From assembly GCA_965219415.1 (NCBI GenBank), contig CBDCNP010000002.1, forward strand, positions 1,408,001 to 1,472,000: a stretch of 64,000 bases of DNA, read 5' to 3'. The position numbers were made by a program, and so were the translations under genes. Positions 1 to 9,723 of this stretch are shown here, piece after piece (position 1 is the stretch's first letter; every line of letters begins with the position of its first letter). The notes beneath the pieces are model-generated. The model was not told the origin of the DNA. It ran no database searches and saw nothing but the letters and a program-made list of their open reading frames with translations. Source of the DNA: Candidatus Marinacidobacterales bacterium. Lineage in GTDB: Bacteria > Acidobacteriota > Vicinamibacteria > Marinacidobacterales > DATDRI01.

Positions 1-563
1 CGCGTCAGCCAGAAGAAGATCAAAGTGTTCTTCCCCACCAGGTCTTTCTCGGTGATGCTCTCCCCTTCCAAGGTGGTCACTTCGAAGGCGGGCACCGGTT
101 TCCCAATCCAGCCACTGATCTTGACCTCGGAGCCTCTCGTTTCGACGAACTTGTCGATTTCTTTCATATCCGTTGACGCGATCTCACCGGATGCTTCGTC
201 GAGCGTGATGAGGGTCGGCATCCGTGAGTCCGAGGTCATGACGGTCAAGAGAAGTCGCACCGCCGATGGATGAATCCGGTAGTCGCGCGCGATGTCGGTG
301 ACCTGCAGCGTTTTTCCAGCGGCTCGCGATTCGCTTTGAAAGTACGCGGGCAGCGCAAAGAAGACTTCATAGAGACGATCTAAGTAGTCCCGCTCCTCCG
401 CGGAAAGCTCTTTGCTGTTGTGGAGGTCGGAAAAAACCACGCTACCGCCTTCCTCCTTCATCATGTCCTCTACCCGCCGATGGACACCCATCTCGAGATC
501 GGATGGAGAGTGGCTGCAGGCGGCAAGCTCGACAACAAGAACGAGCAGGACCCAATTCTTCAT
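1..563 (-). CDS. TlpA/redoxin-like lipoprotein (runs off the window's left edge)
   Basis: Not in the ORF track; translated by hand from ATG at 563 after a GGGAGGG RBS. MKNWVLLVLVVELAAC lipobox; ends IGKPVPAFEVTTLEGESITEKDLVGKNTLIFFWLT, the typical TlpA/AhpC-TSA lead-in to CxxC, which would lie just outside the window. Confidence 0.75.
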   Translation of the reverse strand, partial: MKNWVLLVLVVELAACSHSPSDLEMGVHRRVEDMMKEEGGSVVFSDLHNSKELSAEERDYLDRLYEVFFALPAYFQSESRAAGKTLQVTDIARDYRIHPSAVRLLLTVMTSDSRMPTLITLDEASGEIASTDMKEIDKFVETRGSEVKISGWIGKPVPAFEVTTLEGESITEKDLVGKNTLIFFWLT

Positions 564-740
564 GAAACCCTCCCGGAACTTGGCCGATGGCTGGTCATCT
601 AGTGCCGTTCCAACTGGTTCAGGACTTGATTGTGACTGCACTAGTGTCGCGCGTCCTTGGCCTAGCCGCAAATGGGCGTCGGCGCTTCAGATTATGGCTG
701 TACAAACACGCTGTCTCCAGATAGCATATTAGGAAGGGTT

Positions 741-1079
741 ATGGAAAAGCGGTCGCAGGCACGGCTCGTCCCGGAAGGCTCGCTGAAGTGTACCGTCGAG
801 TGGGAAAAGGGTCGGGAGGACGGCCGGGTCCACAACATCTCCCCCCAAGGTGCTCTGCTCGAATCCAAGACCGATTTTGGTATCAGTAAGGTCAAGCTCA
901 TCTTGAACTTCGAGGGGAGCGGCGAATCCATCACCTTGGACGCCGCGATTCGTTGGCATGCGGTTTCCCCACAGGATCAAACCGACCACTACGGATTGGT
1001 TTTTCGAACCGTGGACGAGGTAACCCAGCGACGACTCGACGAAGCCATCAAAATCTTGATGGAGCAACAGCCACAGTAA
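741..1079 (+). CDS. PilZ domain protein (c-di-GMP receptor)
   Basis: MEKRSQAR (RxxxR) and NISPQG (D/NxSxxG) motifs, followed by IRW...YGLVF. Confidence 0.85.
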   Translation: MEKRSQARLVPEGSLKCTVEWEKGREDGRVHNISPQGALLESKTDFGISKVKLILNFEGSGESITLDAAIRWHAVSPQDQTDHYGLVFRTVDEVTQRRLDEAIKILMEQQPQ

Positions 1080-1139
1080 ACGCCGCGTTCCTGCGGCAGC
1101 TTCCCTCCTTCCGTTTTCCCCCCAAGCCGACCTTAGCGC

Positions 1140-1148
1140 TGGTATAAT
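1140..1148 (+). promoter_or_regulatory. Extended -10 promoter element (TGnTATAAT)
   Basis: TGGTATAAT about 25 nt upstream of the aminotransferase ATG, with a GAGG RBS in between. Confidence 0.5.
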
Positions 1149-1172
1149 GCCGCGCCTAACAGAGGTAAACCC

Positions 1173-2291
1173 ATGCGATTCGAAACCTTCGAGATGGAAA
1201 GGATGCAGTCCACCTGGGAGAACCGGGTGCGCTACAACCTTTCCGAAAGCGGTGTGAAACCGATCCACTTGGGCGAGCTCGTCGATCCCATGACCTTGAA
1301 AGACAGGGCGTTGGGCTATCCGCAGACCAACGGGTCGATCGAGCTTCGGGAGCTGATCAGCGATCTCTACCCTGGCTCCGACACCGACAACATCGTGGTA
1401 ACCAACGGGACGGCGGAGGCCAACTTCGTGAGCGTCTTGAACTTGGTCGAGCCGGGTGACCATGTGGTGGTCATGCTCCCCAACTACATGCAGATCTGGG
1501 GGCTGGCTCGCTCGTTGGGAGCCACCGTCGAGCCTTTGTGGCTTCGGGAAGAGACGAAGTGGGCGCCTGATCTGGATGAGCTGGCGCGTGTCGTCACCGA
1601 TAAAACCAAGCTCATCGCCATCTGCAACCCAAACAACCCCACCGGTGCAGTGCTCAGCGAAGGCGATATGAGGGAAATCTGCAAGATCGGCGGGAAGGTC
1701 GGCGCCTGGATACTCTCCGACGAGGTCTACCAAGGCGCGGATCATGGTGAAGAACCCTCACCCACGCTCTGGGGCTGGTACGACCGACTGTTGGTTACCT
1801 GCGGTCTGTCGAAAGCCTATGGCTTGCCCGGGCTTCGCATCGGATGGGTGGCCGGACCGCAGGATAAGGTGGGGGAGCTTTGGTCTTACAAAGACTACAC
1901 CTCCATCGGCCCGGGAGCACTCTCCGAAACGCTCGCGCGGGTCGCCTTGGAGCCGACTCGCCGCCACCAAATCCTGGAGCGGACAAGATCCATCATGAAA
2001 AAGCAGTTCCCCGTTCTGGAGAAGTGGGTTTCCGAGCAGAACGGGGTGTTCACGATGGTGCCCCCACAAGCCGCTGCCATCGCGTATTTGCGGTACGACT
2101 TGGACATTGGTTCGGGGGAGCTCATCACCCGTGCACGTGATGAGAAAAGCGTTCTTCTCGTACCCGGCGATCAGTTCAAGATGGATCGCTATATCCGCGT
2201 GGGTTTCGGCTATGACGCCGAGATACTGGAGAAGGGGCTCCAGCTTTTCTCAGAGCTCTTGCGGACGTTGCGCTCGGAAGTTCACTCGTGA
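1173..2291 (+). CDS. PLP-dependent aminotransferase class I/II
   Basis: NPNNPTG, DEVY and GLSKAYGLPGLRIGW (PLP lysine) motifs. Confidence 0.95.
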   Translation: MRFETFEMERMQSTWENRVRYNLSESGVKPIHLGELVDPMTLKDRALGYPQTNGSIELRELISDLYPGSDTDNIVVTNGTAEANFVSVLNLVEPGDHVVVMLPNYMQIWGLARSLGATVEPLWLREETKWAPDLDELARVVTDKTKLIAICNPNNPTGAVLSEGDMREICKIGGKVGAWILSDEVYQGADHGEEPSPTLWGWYDRLLVTCGLSKAYGLPGLRIGWVAGPQDKVGELWSYKDYTSIGPGALSETLARVALEPTRRHQILERTRSIMKKQFPVLEKWVSEQNGVFTMVPPQAAAIAYLRYDLDIGSGELITRARDEKSVLLVPGDQFKMDRYIRVGFGYDAEILEKGLQLFSELLRTLRSEVHS

Positions 2292-2345
2292 TCAGTCATC
2301 AGTAAACACCCATCAGTGATCAGTAATCGCAACTGATTACTGCTA
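2290..2345. repeat. 7-bp-period short tandem repeat with inverted units (hairpin)
   Basis: GATCAGT CATCAGT AAACACC CATCAGT GATCAGT AATCGCA ACTGATT ACTGCTA; CAGTAATC and GATTACTG form a stem. Confidence 0.65.
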
Positions 2346-2355
2346 ACTTGCCCGT

Positions 2356-3396
2356 ATGGAAGTCACGCTTGCGCTGGTTGGTTTTGGTAACGCGGGTCGG
2401 GCGTTCGTTCGGCTCCTCCTCCAAAAACGGAAGGAACTCCTCTCCACATACGCTCTCACCTTCCGGGTAACCGGCATTGCCACTCGGTCTCACGGATCGG
2501 CGATCGATCCGAAGGGCCTCGACTGTCGCAAGGCTCTACGACGCGTGGAATCCGGCAAATCCATCGAAGATCTCCACGTCGGAATTCCAGTTCGTGGCGC
2601 GATGGACTTCATACGCCGACGACCATCGCAGTTCCTCTTCGAAATCACGACCCTCAATCCATGGAGCGGTCTGCCCGCCACCGATCATGTCCGGACCGCC
2701 TTGCGGAAGGGCATGCACGTCGTCACGGCAAACAAGGGACCGGTCGCTCTAGCCTACCGAGAGCTCGGGAAGCTGGCTCGAGAAAAGAAGCTCGCCTTTC
2801 GTTTCGAGGGAACCGTGCTCGACGGGGCTCCCGTCTTCAACCTCGTAGAGAAGACTCTCCCCGGCACACGGATTCTTGGGTTTCGCGGAATTCTCAACAG
2901 TACCTGCAACCTCATTCTATCCGAGATGGAAAAAGGCAATAGCCGAGACACTGCGCTCGAAAAAGCGCGCGCGATGGGGGTAGCGGAGGCTGATACCAGC
3001 CACGACATCGAAGGATGGGATACCGCGACCAAAACGGCGGTCCTGGCCAACGTTCTATTAGGGGCCAACATCAGACCGGTGGAGGTGAGTCGGATGGGCA
3101 TCGATGCGGTTCGACCCCTGGACGTTCAGCGAGCCCTCCGCCAGGGGAAGGCACTTCGGCTTATCGGACGGAGTCGCCGCAAGGGTCGGAAGGTGACGGC
3201 CAGAGTCGCGCCGGAGCTGCTCGAGCAGAGCGATCCGATGTCCACCGCGTTCGGAACCACCAACATACTCGCACTCGAGACGGACACCATGAAGGAGTTG
3301 ATCTTGGTGGAGAAGGAACCCGGCGTCGAACAAACGGCTTATGCGCTGCTTTCCGATTTGCTCGTCGTTGCGACCGACCCAACCCGCCTTGGGTGA
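2356..3396 (+). CDS. hom: Homoserine dehydrogenase
   Basis: GFGNAG NAD-binding motif, VVTANKGP, FEGTVLDGAP, GILNST and DIEGWDTATK. Confidence 0.92.
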   Translation: MEVTLALVGFGNAGRAFVRLLLQKRKELLSTYALTFRVTGIATRSHGSAIDPKGLDCRKALRRVESGKSIEDLHVGIPVRGAMDFIRRRPSQFLFEITTLNPWSGLPATDHVRTALRKGMHVVTANKGPVALAYRELGKLAREKKLAFRFEGTVLDGAPVFNLVEKTLPGTRILGFRGILNSTCNLILSEMEKGNSRDTALEKARAMGVAEADTSHDIEGWDTATKTAVLANVLLGANIRPVEVSRMGIDAVRPLDVQRALRQGKALRLIGRSRRKGRKVTARVAPELLEQSDPMSTAFGTTNILALETDTMKELILVEKEPGVEQTAYALLSDLLVVATDPTRLG

Positions 3397-3586
3397 TTTC
3401 GACGACTCGCCTCTCAAAGGGGCCCAGCTGGTATTCGAGACCAACCCCTATATTCCCGGAGAGCTTCGTCTGGGCTACAAGCTGCTCAAGGATGCGGGCT
3501 ATCTCCCACCGGAGATGGAGCTTCGCAAACAGATCTGCACGCTCGAGGAAGGGAGAGGAATCAAAGGAAGAAGAGACCCTCGTTAA
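3392..3586 (+). pseudogene. DUF1992 (YhdN/DnaJ-related) remnant lacking its N-terminus
   Basis: GDFDDSPLKG...PGELRLGYKLLKDAGYLPPEMELRKQI matches the family; no plausible start, and it abuts the hom stop codon. Confidence 0.65.
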
Positions 3587-3672
3587 CGAGGCCATGTTCG
3601 CAACGCGCAGGCTCGATGTGATATCCTCTTATTAATTCCGCTTCACACACATAGCCCCGAAAGGAGGTCCCC

Positions 3673-4785
3673 GTGGCTCTCAAGGACTTCATGAAGTCGC
3701 AATTCATCGAGGTCATCGAATGGCTCGACGATTCGAGCGACACGATGGTCCACCGTTTCCCGGTCCAAGGTCAGGAGATCAAGATCGGGGCCCAGCTCAC
3801 GGTGCGGGAAGGACAATCCGCGATCTTCGTCAACGAGGGAAAGACCGCCGACATCTTCGCGCCGGGGCGTCACAAACTATCCACTCGCAACTTGCCCATT
3901 CTCACCAAGCTCATGGCGTGGAAGCACGGCTTCAATTCCCCGTTCAAAGCCGAAGTCTACTTCGTGTCGACACGACAATTCACTGATCAAAAGTGGGGTA
4001 CTTCGAATCCGGTCATGCTTCGTGACCCCGAGCTCGGTGCCATTCGGTTGCGCGCCTTCGGGATCTTTTCCTTCAAGGTGAACGATCCCGCGCTGTTCAT
4101 GAGGGAAATCGTGGGAACCGACGGGCACTTCACGACCGAGGAGATCAACGGTCAGCTGAAACGATTGACGATCTCCGGGTTCAGCGACCTTTTGGCGGAG
4201 TCCAAGATCCCTGCGTTCGACCTGGCTTCGAAGTATGACGAACTCTCGAGCGAGGCCAAGGCCAAGCTGAAACACGAGTTCAGGAGCCACGGGCTGGAGC
4301 TCGCCAAGTTCTACGTGGAAAACATTTCTTTCCCCGCCGAAGTCGAGGAGATGCTCGATAAGCGCGCCAGCATGGGCGTCGTCGGAGACATGAGCCGCTT
4401 CACTCGGTTTCAAACGGCCAAAGCGATCGAGTCGGCGGCCGATAACCCCGGAGGCGCTGCCGGAGCGGGCGTCGGGATCGGCGCCGGGGTCGCCATGGGG
4501 CAATCGATGATGGGCGCGATGGGCGGAGCGCAAACCTCGGCCACACCGACTGCGACGTCGACTTGCGTCAAGTGCTCGAAGGCGATCGCCGCAGGATCGG
4601 GTTTTTGCAGTCACTGCGGCGCCCCACAGGGTCAAACCTGCGGTAAGTGCGACAGCCCGGTCGCCGCAGACGCCAAGTTCTGCTCCAGCTGCGGGACGGC
4701 CCAAGGCACCAGTTGCAGCAAGTGCAAGGCCGCTCTCAACGCGGGCGCGAAGTTCTGCGCTTCTTGCGGAACTCCTGTCGGTTAA
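3673..4785 (+). CDS. SPFH (band 7, YdjI-like) protein with C-terminal zinc ribbons
   Basis: AAGGAGG RBS; IEVIEW, AQLTVREGQ and KWGTSNP...LRAFG motifs; six C-terminal CxxC pairs. Confidence 0.9.
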   Translation: MALKDFMKSQFIEVIEWLDDSSDTMVHRFPVQGQEIKIGAQLTVREGQSAIFVNEGKTADIFAPGRHKLSTRNLPILTKLMAWKHGFNSPFKAEVYFVSTRQFTDQKWGTSNPVMLRDPELGAIRLRAFGIFSFKVNDPALFMREIVGTDGHFTTEEINGQLKRLTISGFSDLLAESKIPAFDLASKYDELSSEAKAKLKHEFRSHGLELAKFYVENISFPAEVEEMLDKRASMGVVGDMSRFTRFQTAKAIESAADNPGGAAGAGVGIGAGVAMGQSMMGAMGGAQTSATPTATSTCVKCSKAIAAGSGFCSHCGAPQGQTCGKCDSPVAADAKFCSSCGTAQGTSCSKCKAALNAGAKFCASCGTPVG

Positions 4786-5204
4786 TCTGCTACCAGGAAA
4801 ACGAGCTCCACGCCCGGTGCGATCAGCACTAGCGATGCACCGGATCGCTGCCAGGTCTGAGCGTTCACAAGACCCTGCAAGTACTGGTTGGACAACGACC
4901 CCGGTGGACACGCGGCAAGAGTGCAGGCCAAGAGCGGGCCAATCGTGATGGCGTTTCCTTCGGTCGTGTAACTCCCCGAGCAACGGTTGCGGTCGACTTG
5001 GAAATTCACCGCGCCGTCGGGCTCGAACCGTGCCGTGTATCTCGCGGGAATGGGGACGTTGACCACGCCGCCGTCGCCGATTTGAAACCTCTGAAGCTGC
5101 CACTCGCCTTGGATCGCGGCAAGCTCTTCTACACTGGTGGCGGTGTTGCAGGAGACGTATAGCATCGGAATCAACAGGGAGAGCAGCAGTCGCTTCATAT
5201 CCAA
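4782..5204 (-). CDS. META domain (HslJ-like) lipoprotein
   Basis: YVSC lipobox; WQLQ...F...NRCSGSY...TLAACP...YLQGL. Confidence 0.8.
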   Translation of the reverse strand: MDMKRLLLSLLIPMLYVSCNTATSVEELAAIQGEWQLQRFQIGDGGVVNVPIPARYTARFEPDGAVNFQVDRNRCSGSYTTEGNAITIGPLLACTLAACPPGSLSNQYLQGLVNAQTWQRSGASLVLIAPGVELVFLVAD

Positions 5205-5250
5205 CCTCTCGTCCGTGTGAGTGTAAGTGCTTCGGCTCGTGGTGTCGGAC

Positions 5251-6540
5251 TTATCCCCGTTTTTCTATGGGGACGAAGCTTCGCTCCTTGGGACCAAGGT
5301 AGATCTGGCGCGGCCGCGCGATCCTCTGCTCGGGATCGGTAAGCATCTCCTCCCACTGTGCAAGCCAGCCGGAGGTGCGAGGAATCGCGAAGAGCACCGG
5401 GAACATGTCCAGCGGAAAACCCATCGCCTGATAGATGATTCCCGAGTAGAAGTCGACATTCGGGTACAGGCGTCGCTTGACGAAGTAGTCGTCCTGGAGA
5501 GCGATCCGCTCGAGCTCCATGGCAATGTCGAGTTGTGGATTGCGCCCGGTCACCTCGAGGACTTGATGGGCAACATCTTTAATGATTTTGGCTCGCGGAT
5601 CGTAGCTCTTATAGACCCGATGGCCGAAACCCGTCAAACGGACGTCACCATCCTTAACTTTCTTGACGTAGGCCGGGATTTTCTCGACGCTCCCAATTTC
5701 GCCCAGCATGCGTAGCACCGCCTCGTTGGCCCCGCCATGAAGCGGACCGTAAAGGGCCGCGGCGGCAGCTGCAGTGGCTGAATACGCATCGACCTGCGAG
5801 CTTCCTACGTTTCGCATGGCGCTAGTGCTGCAGTTTTGTTCATGGTCTACATGGAGGATAAACAACAGGTCCAACGCCCTTTCCAAAACTGGGTTCGGCT
5901 TGTACTTCGGCTCAGTCATGCGGAACATCATGTTCAATAGGTTTCCAGAATACGAAAGCTCGTTGTCGGGCGGCGTGTAGGGCATGCCCACGCTGTGCCG
6001 GTAGGCGTAAGCTGCGAGCGTCGGTGTCTTGGCGATAAGGCGGTAGGTTTGCTTGCGGCGGTTATCGGCGTCTAGAACCCGGCGGGCGTTAGGATAGAAG
6101 GTTGACAGCGCCGCCACCGTGCTCACCAGCATCCCCATCGGGTGGGCATCATGATGGAACCCGTCCAGCACCTTCTTCATGTTTTCATGAATGATGGTGT
6201 GGTGCGTGATGTTGAAGACCCACTCCTTGTACTGCTGTTTGGTGGGAAGCTCGCCGTTGATGATGAGATAGGCGACTTCCATGTAGTTCGATTTTTGCGC
6301 AAGCTGCTCGATGGGATATCCGCGGTAACGGAGAATGCCCTTGTCGCCGTCGATGAAGGTGATGCGGCTCTTGCAAGACGCGGTGTTCAGGAATGCCGGG
6401 TCATAGCTCATCATTCCAAAGTCGCCGTCCGCGACCTTGATATTTCGTAGGTCTATGGCCCGTATCGTGTCGTTCTCGATGGGAACCTCGTAGGTCTTGC
6501 CGGTCCGATTATCCGTAATCGTGAGAGAGTCACTGCCCAT
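5251..6540 (-). CDS. gltA: Citrate synthase
   Basis: DHEQNCST, GPLHGGANE, GFGHRVYK, YPNVDFYSG and IARPRQIY motifs. Confidence 0.97.
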   Translation of the reverse strand: MGSDSLTITDNRTGKTYEVPIENDTIRAIDLRNIKVADGDFGMMSYDPAFLNTASCKSRITFIDGDKGILRYRGYPIEQLAQKSNYMEVAYLIINGELPTKQQYKEWVFNITHHTIIHENMKKVLDGFHHDAHPMGMLVSTVAALSTFYPNARRVLDADNRRKQTYRLIAKTPTLAAYAYRHSVGMPYTPPDNELSYSGNLLNMMFRMTEPKYKPNPVLERALDLLFILHVDHEQNCSTSAMRNVGSSQVDAYSATAAAAAALYGPLHGGANEAVLRMLGEIGSVEKIPAYVKKVKDGDVRLTGFGHRVYKSYDPRAKIIKDVAHQVLEVTGRNPQLDIAMELERIALQDDYFVKRRLYPNVDFYSGIIYQAMGFPLDMFPVLFAIPRTSGWLAQWEEMLTDPEQRIARPRQIYLGPKERSFVPIEKRG

Positions 6541-6670
6541 CCGCCCATCTCCTCCACTTTTTCGTACCACTCTATTCTACCCCCTTTCCAACCGAAAGTA
6601 CTTCGACGATTTGGATAGTGCGCTTTGCGTGGCTTGGATCCTGGCGAAAACGGATCTAGCATCGCGGGAA

Positions 6671-7441
6671 ATGACTCCCAGCCCGATGGAGCTAATGGTT
6701 ACGGTCGCCGCCCGTGAGATACGCGATGAAGAGCTCGTCTTCGTGGGCATGCGGCTGCCCCTGCTGTCTTGCCTGCTGGCTCAAGCCACTCACGCGCCCA
6801 GAGCGGTGGGGCTCTACGAGAACGGGCTCATCCGGGCGAGGGCCGGCGCCGAGATGCTCTATACCATGAGCGACCCCGCCAACGTTTTGGGAGCAACCCG
6901 GGCGACGGACCTGCTAGAGGTCATGGGTCTACTCCAGTCGGGTCGAGTTGGAGTGGGGTTCGTGGGCGCCGCCCAGGTCGACCGCTTCGGGAATCTCAAC
7001 TCCACTCGGGCGCTCGACGCCGGCGGCAAGTGGACGCGCCTACCGGGAAGCGGTGGCGCCTCGGATATCGCGGCGCTAGCCGAGCGACTGGTCGTACTCG
7101 TGGCTCACCAGCGACGACGATTCCCCGAGCGGGTGGACCACCTTACGTCGCCGGGTTACGGCACGGGTGGACGGTGGAGGGAAAACGTCGGTCTCCCCCG
7201 GGGAGGGCCGGCGGCGATCATCACCGACCGCGCGGTCTTGAGATTCCACCCAGAAAGCAAGGAGGCGGAGCTACAGTCCTATCATCCCGGGTGCTCAACC
7301 GACGAGATCGCTTCGTTGACTGGTTGGCCGCTTCGACTCGCGGCGAACCTCCACGAGACGCTGCTCCCGAGCGCGGACGAGCTTGCGGTACTGAGAAGGC
7401 TCGACCCCGACGACTTTTGGTTACGGAAGAAAAAGGCGTGA
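6671..7441 (+). CDS. CoA-transferase beta subunit (GctB-like)
   Basis: VFVGMRLP, YENG (catalytic Glu position), GAAQVDRFGNLNST and LPGSGGA. Confidence 0.88.
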   Translation: MTPSPMELMVTVAAREIRDEELVFVGMRLPLLSCLLAQATHAPRAVGLYENGLIRARAGAEMLYTMSDPANVLGATRATDLLEVMGLLQSGRVGVGFVGAAQVDRFGNLNSTRALDAGGKWTRLPGSGGASDIAALAERLVVLVAHQRRRFPERVDHLTSPGYGTGGRWRENVGLPRGGPAAIITDRAVLRFHPESKEAELQSYHPGCSTDEIASLTGWPLRLAANLHETLLPSADELAVLRRLDPDDFWLRKKKA

Positions 7442-8380
7442 GCCCGGTGCCGGTAAACGAATTCAACGAATCCAAGCTGGTCACGATGCGCGAGGCGGTG
7501 GAACGCTGGGTCCCGAATGGCTCCACCGTGCTCATGGGTGCAGCTCTCGAAGCGCAAATTCCCTTCTCAGCGGGTCACGAGATCATCCGGCAGAAGCGTC
7601 GTGAGCTCACCTTGGTGGCGCCGATTTCGGACGTGCTCTTCGACCAGCTGGTCGGCGCTAGTGTTGCGCGAAGGTTAATCGCTGCCTGGATCGGCAACGT
7701 TTCTTCTGGCTCCGGGTATAACCTTCGTCGCGCCGCGGAAGAATCGGTACCTGCTCCCATCGAAATGGTGGACCACTCGAATTTCACACTGGCTCTCCTT
7801 ACACGCCGCGGCGCTCGGCGCGCCGTTCCTGCCAACCTATTCGACATTGGGTACGGACATCATGAAAGCGAACGCCGGCTTGGAGCCCATCGTTTGCCCC
7901 TTCAGCGGAGACCGCATGGTGGCAGTCCAAGCGCTGGCGCTCGACGTCGCGATTCTTCCTGTGCAGCGGGCGGACCGGGACGGCAACGCGCATCTCTGGG
8001 GCAACCTCGGCGTCGTTCCGGATGCCGCACGCGCGGCAAAGGCGGTCGTTGTGGTCACCGAGGAAATCGTCTCTTCGGATGTTATCGCCAGTGACCCCAA
8101 CCGAACCGTCATCCCCGGATTTCTGGTTGCCGCGATCGTCCACGACCCTATGGGGTCACATCCCTCTCCTTGCCAAGGATATTACAGCCGAGACCACGCC
8201 TACTACACCGAGTACCACGAAGAGAGCAGGACAAGAGAGGGATTCCTTTCTCGGCTCGACAAGTGGGTGCTGTCGGTCAAAGACCGCAAGCGTTACCTGA
8301 ACGTGCTCGGAAGCGAACGAGCGGGTGGATTGCGCGTGAAACATCCCGCCCCCTCGGCTGCCGCCGACTACGGGATGTAG
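7438..8380 (+). CDS. CoA-transferase alpha subunit (GctA-like), frameshift near 7800
   Basis: KLVTMREAV...PFSAGHEIIRQ in one frame, continuing as GTDI...VQRADRDGN...DPNRTVIPG in another. Confidence 0.85.
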
Positions 8381-8385
8381 CGCGC

Positions 8386-8941
8386 CTAGTTCTCTTGGTT
8401 GGCAGACAGGGCCCGACGCACCGCGTCGAGCCTTCGTTCGAAGTCTTCGTCGGAAAGTGCTGGGACCGCCCCTTCGCTCGCGATCTCTACCGGCAATGAT
8501 AGAAAGCGGCCGCCGCCTTCGAACTTCTCCCGCTCCGAAATGTGGCGCGGACGAGCAAGGCGATAGGCGCGTAAGGCAATCGCCACCAACCCATTCGGGG
8601 CAGCCTCGAGCCTCTGTGCCATCTCGGGCTCGGTGAAGGCATGCTCCCGTGTAATCGCCTTGGCATCAGCCATGGAATAGATCTCGAAGGAGTCCATAAC
8701 CTCCGCGTAAGTTCTTATGTAGACGTGGCCCGCCAAGAACGCCCGGAAGCTCGTGCCGGTAGCTCATTCCAGCCCCGGGTTTCAGGGCGTCCTCCCTTTG
8801 CCCCTCGTAGGCGGGGAAGAGAAAAAGCTCCCGGTCGGCGGGGATGTACTCCTCGAGGAAGGTGATGATTCCGCTACCTTCGTAGAGATAGCGGCTCACG
8901 ATCGACCATTCCTTGAGCGCCAGTCGGTTGGTAGCCCTCAT
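8386..8941 (-). CDS. DUF1802-like protein, frameshifted near 8760
   Basis: ALKEW...FLFPAYEGQ...LKP N-terminus; C-terminal LRAYRL and PALSDEDF. Confidence 0.7.
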
Positions 8942-8997
8942 GTTGATTCTTTATTGTAGTTGAAAACGCTTCTTCTTTTGGTTAAGAAACTTTAGAT

Positions 8998-9723
8998 ATG
9001 AGCTCCGTCAAAGACAAGATTGCCGTCGTCACCGGCTCGAGCCGCGGCATTGGAAGAGCGATCGCCGAAACTCTGGCCCGGGAGAAGGTGCCCGGGTCGT
9101 TGTCTCGGCCCGGAACGCCGCTGACGTCGAGAGAGCGGTCGGAGAAATGACACGTGCCGATCTCGAAGCTCGGGGCCAGGCGTGCGACGTGCGGAATTAT
9201 CCGGAAGCGGAGTCGCTGATGCGTTTTGCCGTCGAGAGTTGGGGGGGGCTGGACATCCTGGTCAATAACGCCGGCGTCGGTATCTTTGCGCATGTGGCCG
9301 ACCTGCCGGCAGCTCAATGGGATCAGGTCATCGATACCAATCTGACCGGGGTCTTCTATTGCTGTCACGCTGCCATTCCCCATCTGCGCAAGCGGAGCGG
9401 CGGATACATCCTCAATATTAGTAGTCTCGCCGGCAAGAACGCTTTCAACAATGGCGCCGCCTACTAACGCTTCTAAGTTCGGGCTCGAGGGCTTCAGCAA
9501 AGCCTTGATGCTCGACCTACGATACGAGAACATCAAAGTAAGCTACATCATGCCGGGGAGCGTCGCCACTGAGTTCGCGGGGCGAGAGCCCTCCGAGCAA
9601 GACAGCTGGAAGCTCAGCTCCGAAGACGTAGCCCAGGTCGTCATGGATCTCCTCGCTCACGAGAAACGATCCCTTCCCAGCCGCGTGGAGCTCAGGCCTT
9701 TCCAGCCGCCCCGGAAGAAGTGA
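8998..9723 (+). CDS. SDR family oxidoreductase with two frameshifts
   Basis: VTGSSRGIG, LVNNAG, NISS and YxASK are spread over three frames. Confidence 0.85.

Noticed and set aside
3673-4785. Viral origin of the SPFH protein (this family is often labelled 'virion core protein')
   Set aside because: It is a common bacterial SPFH/zinc-ribbon family and has no phage context here.
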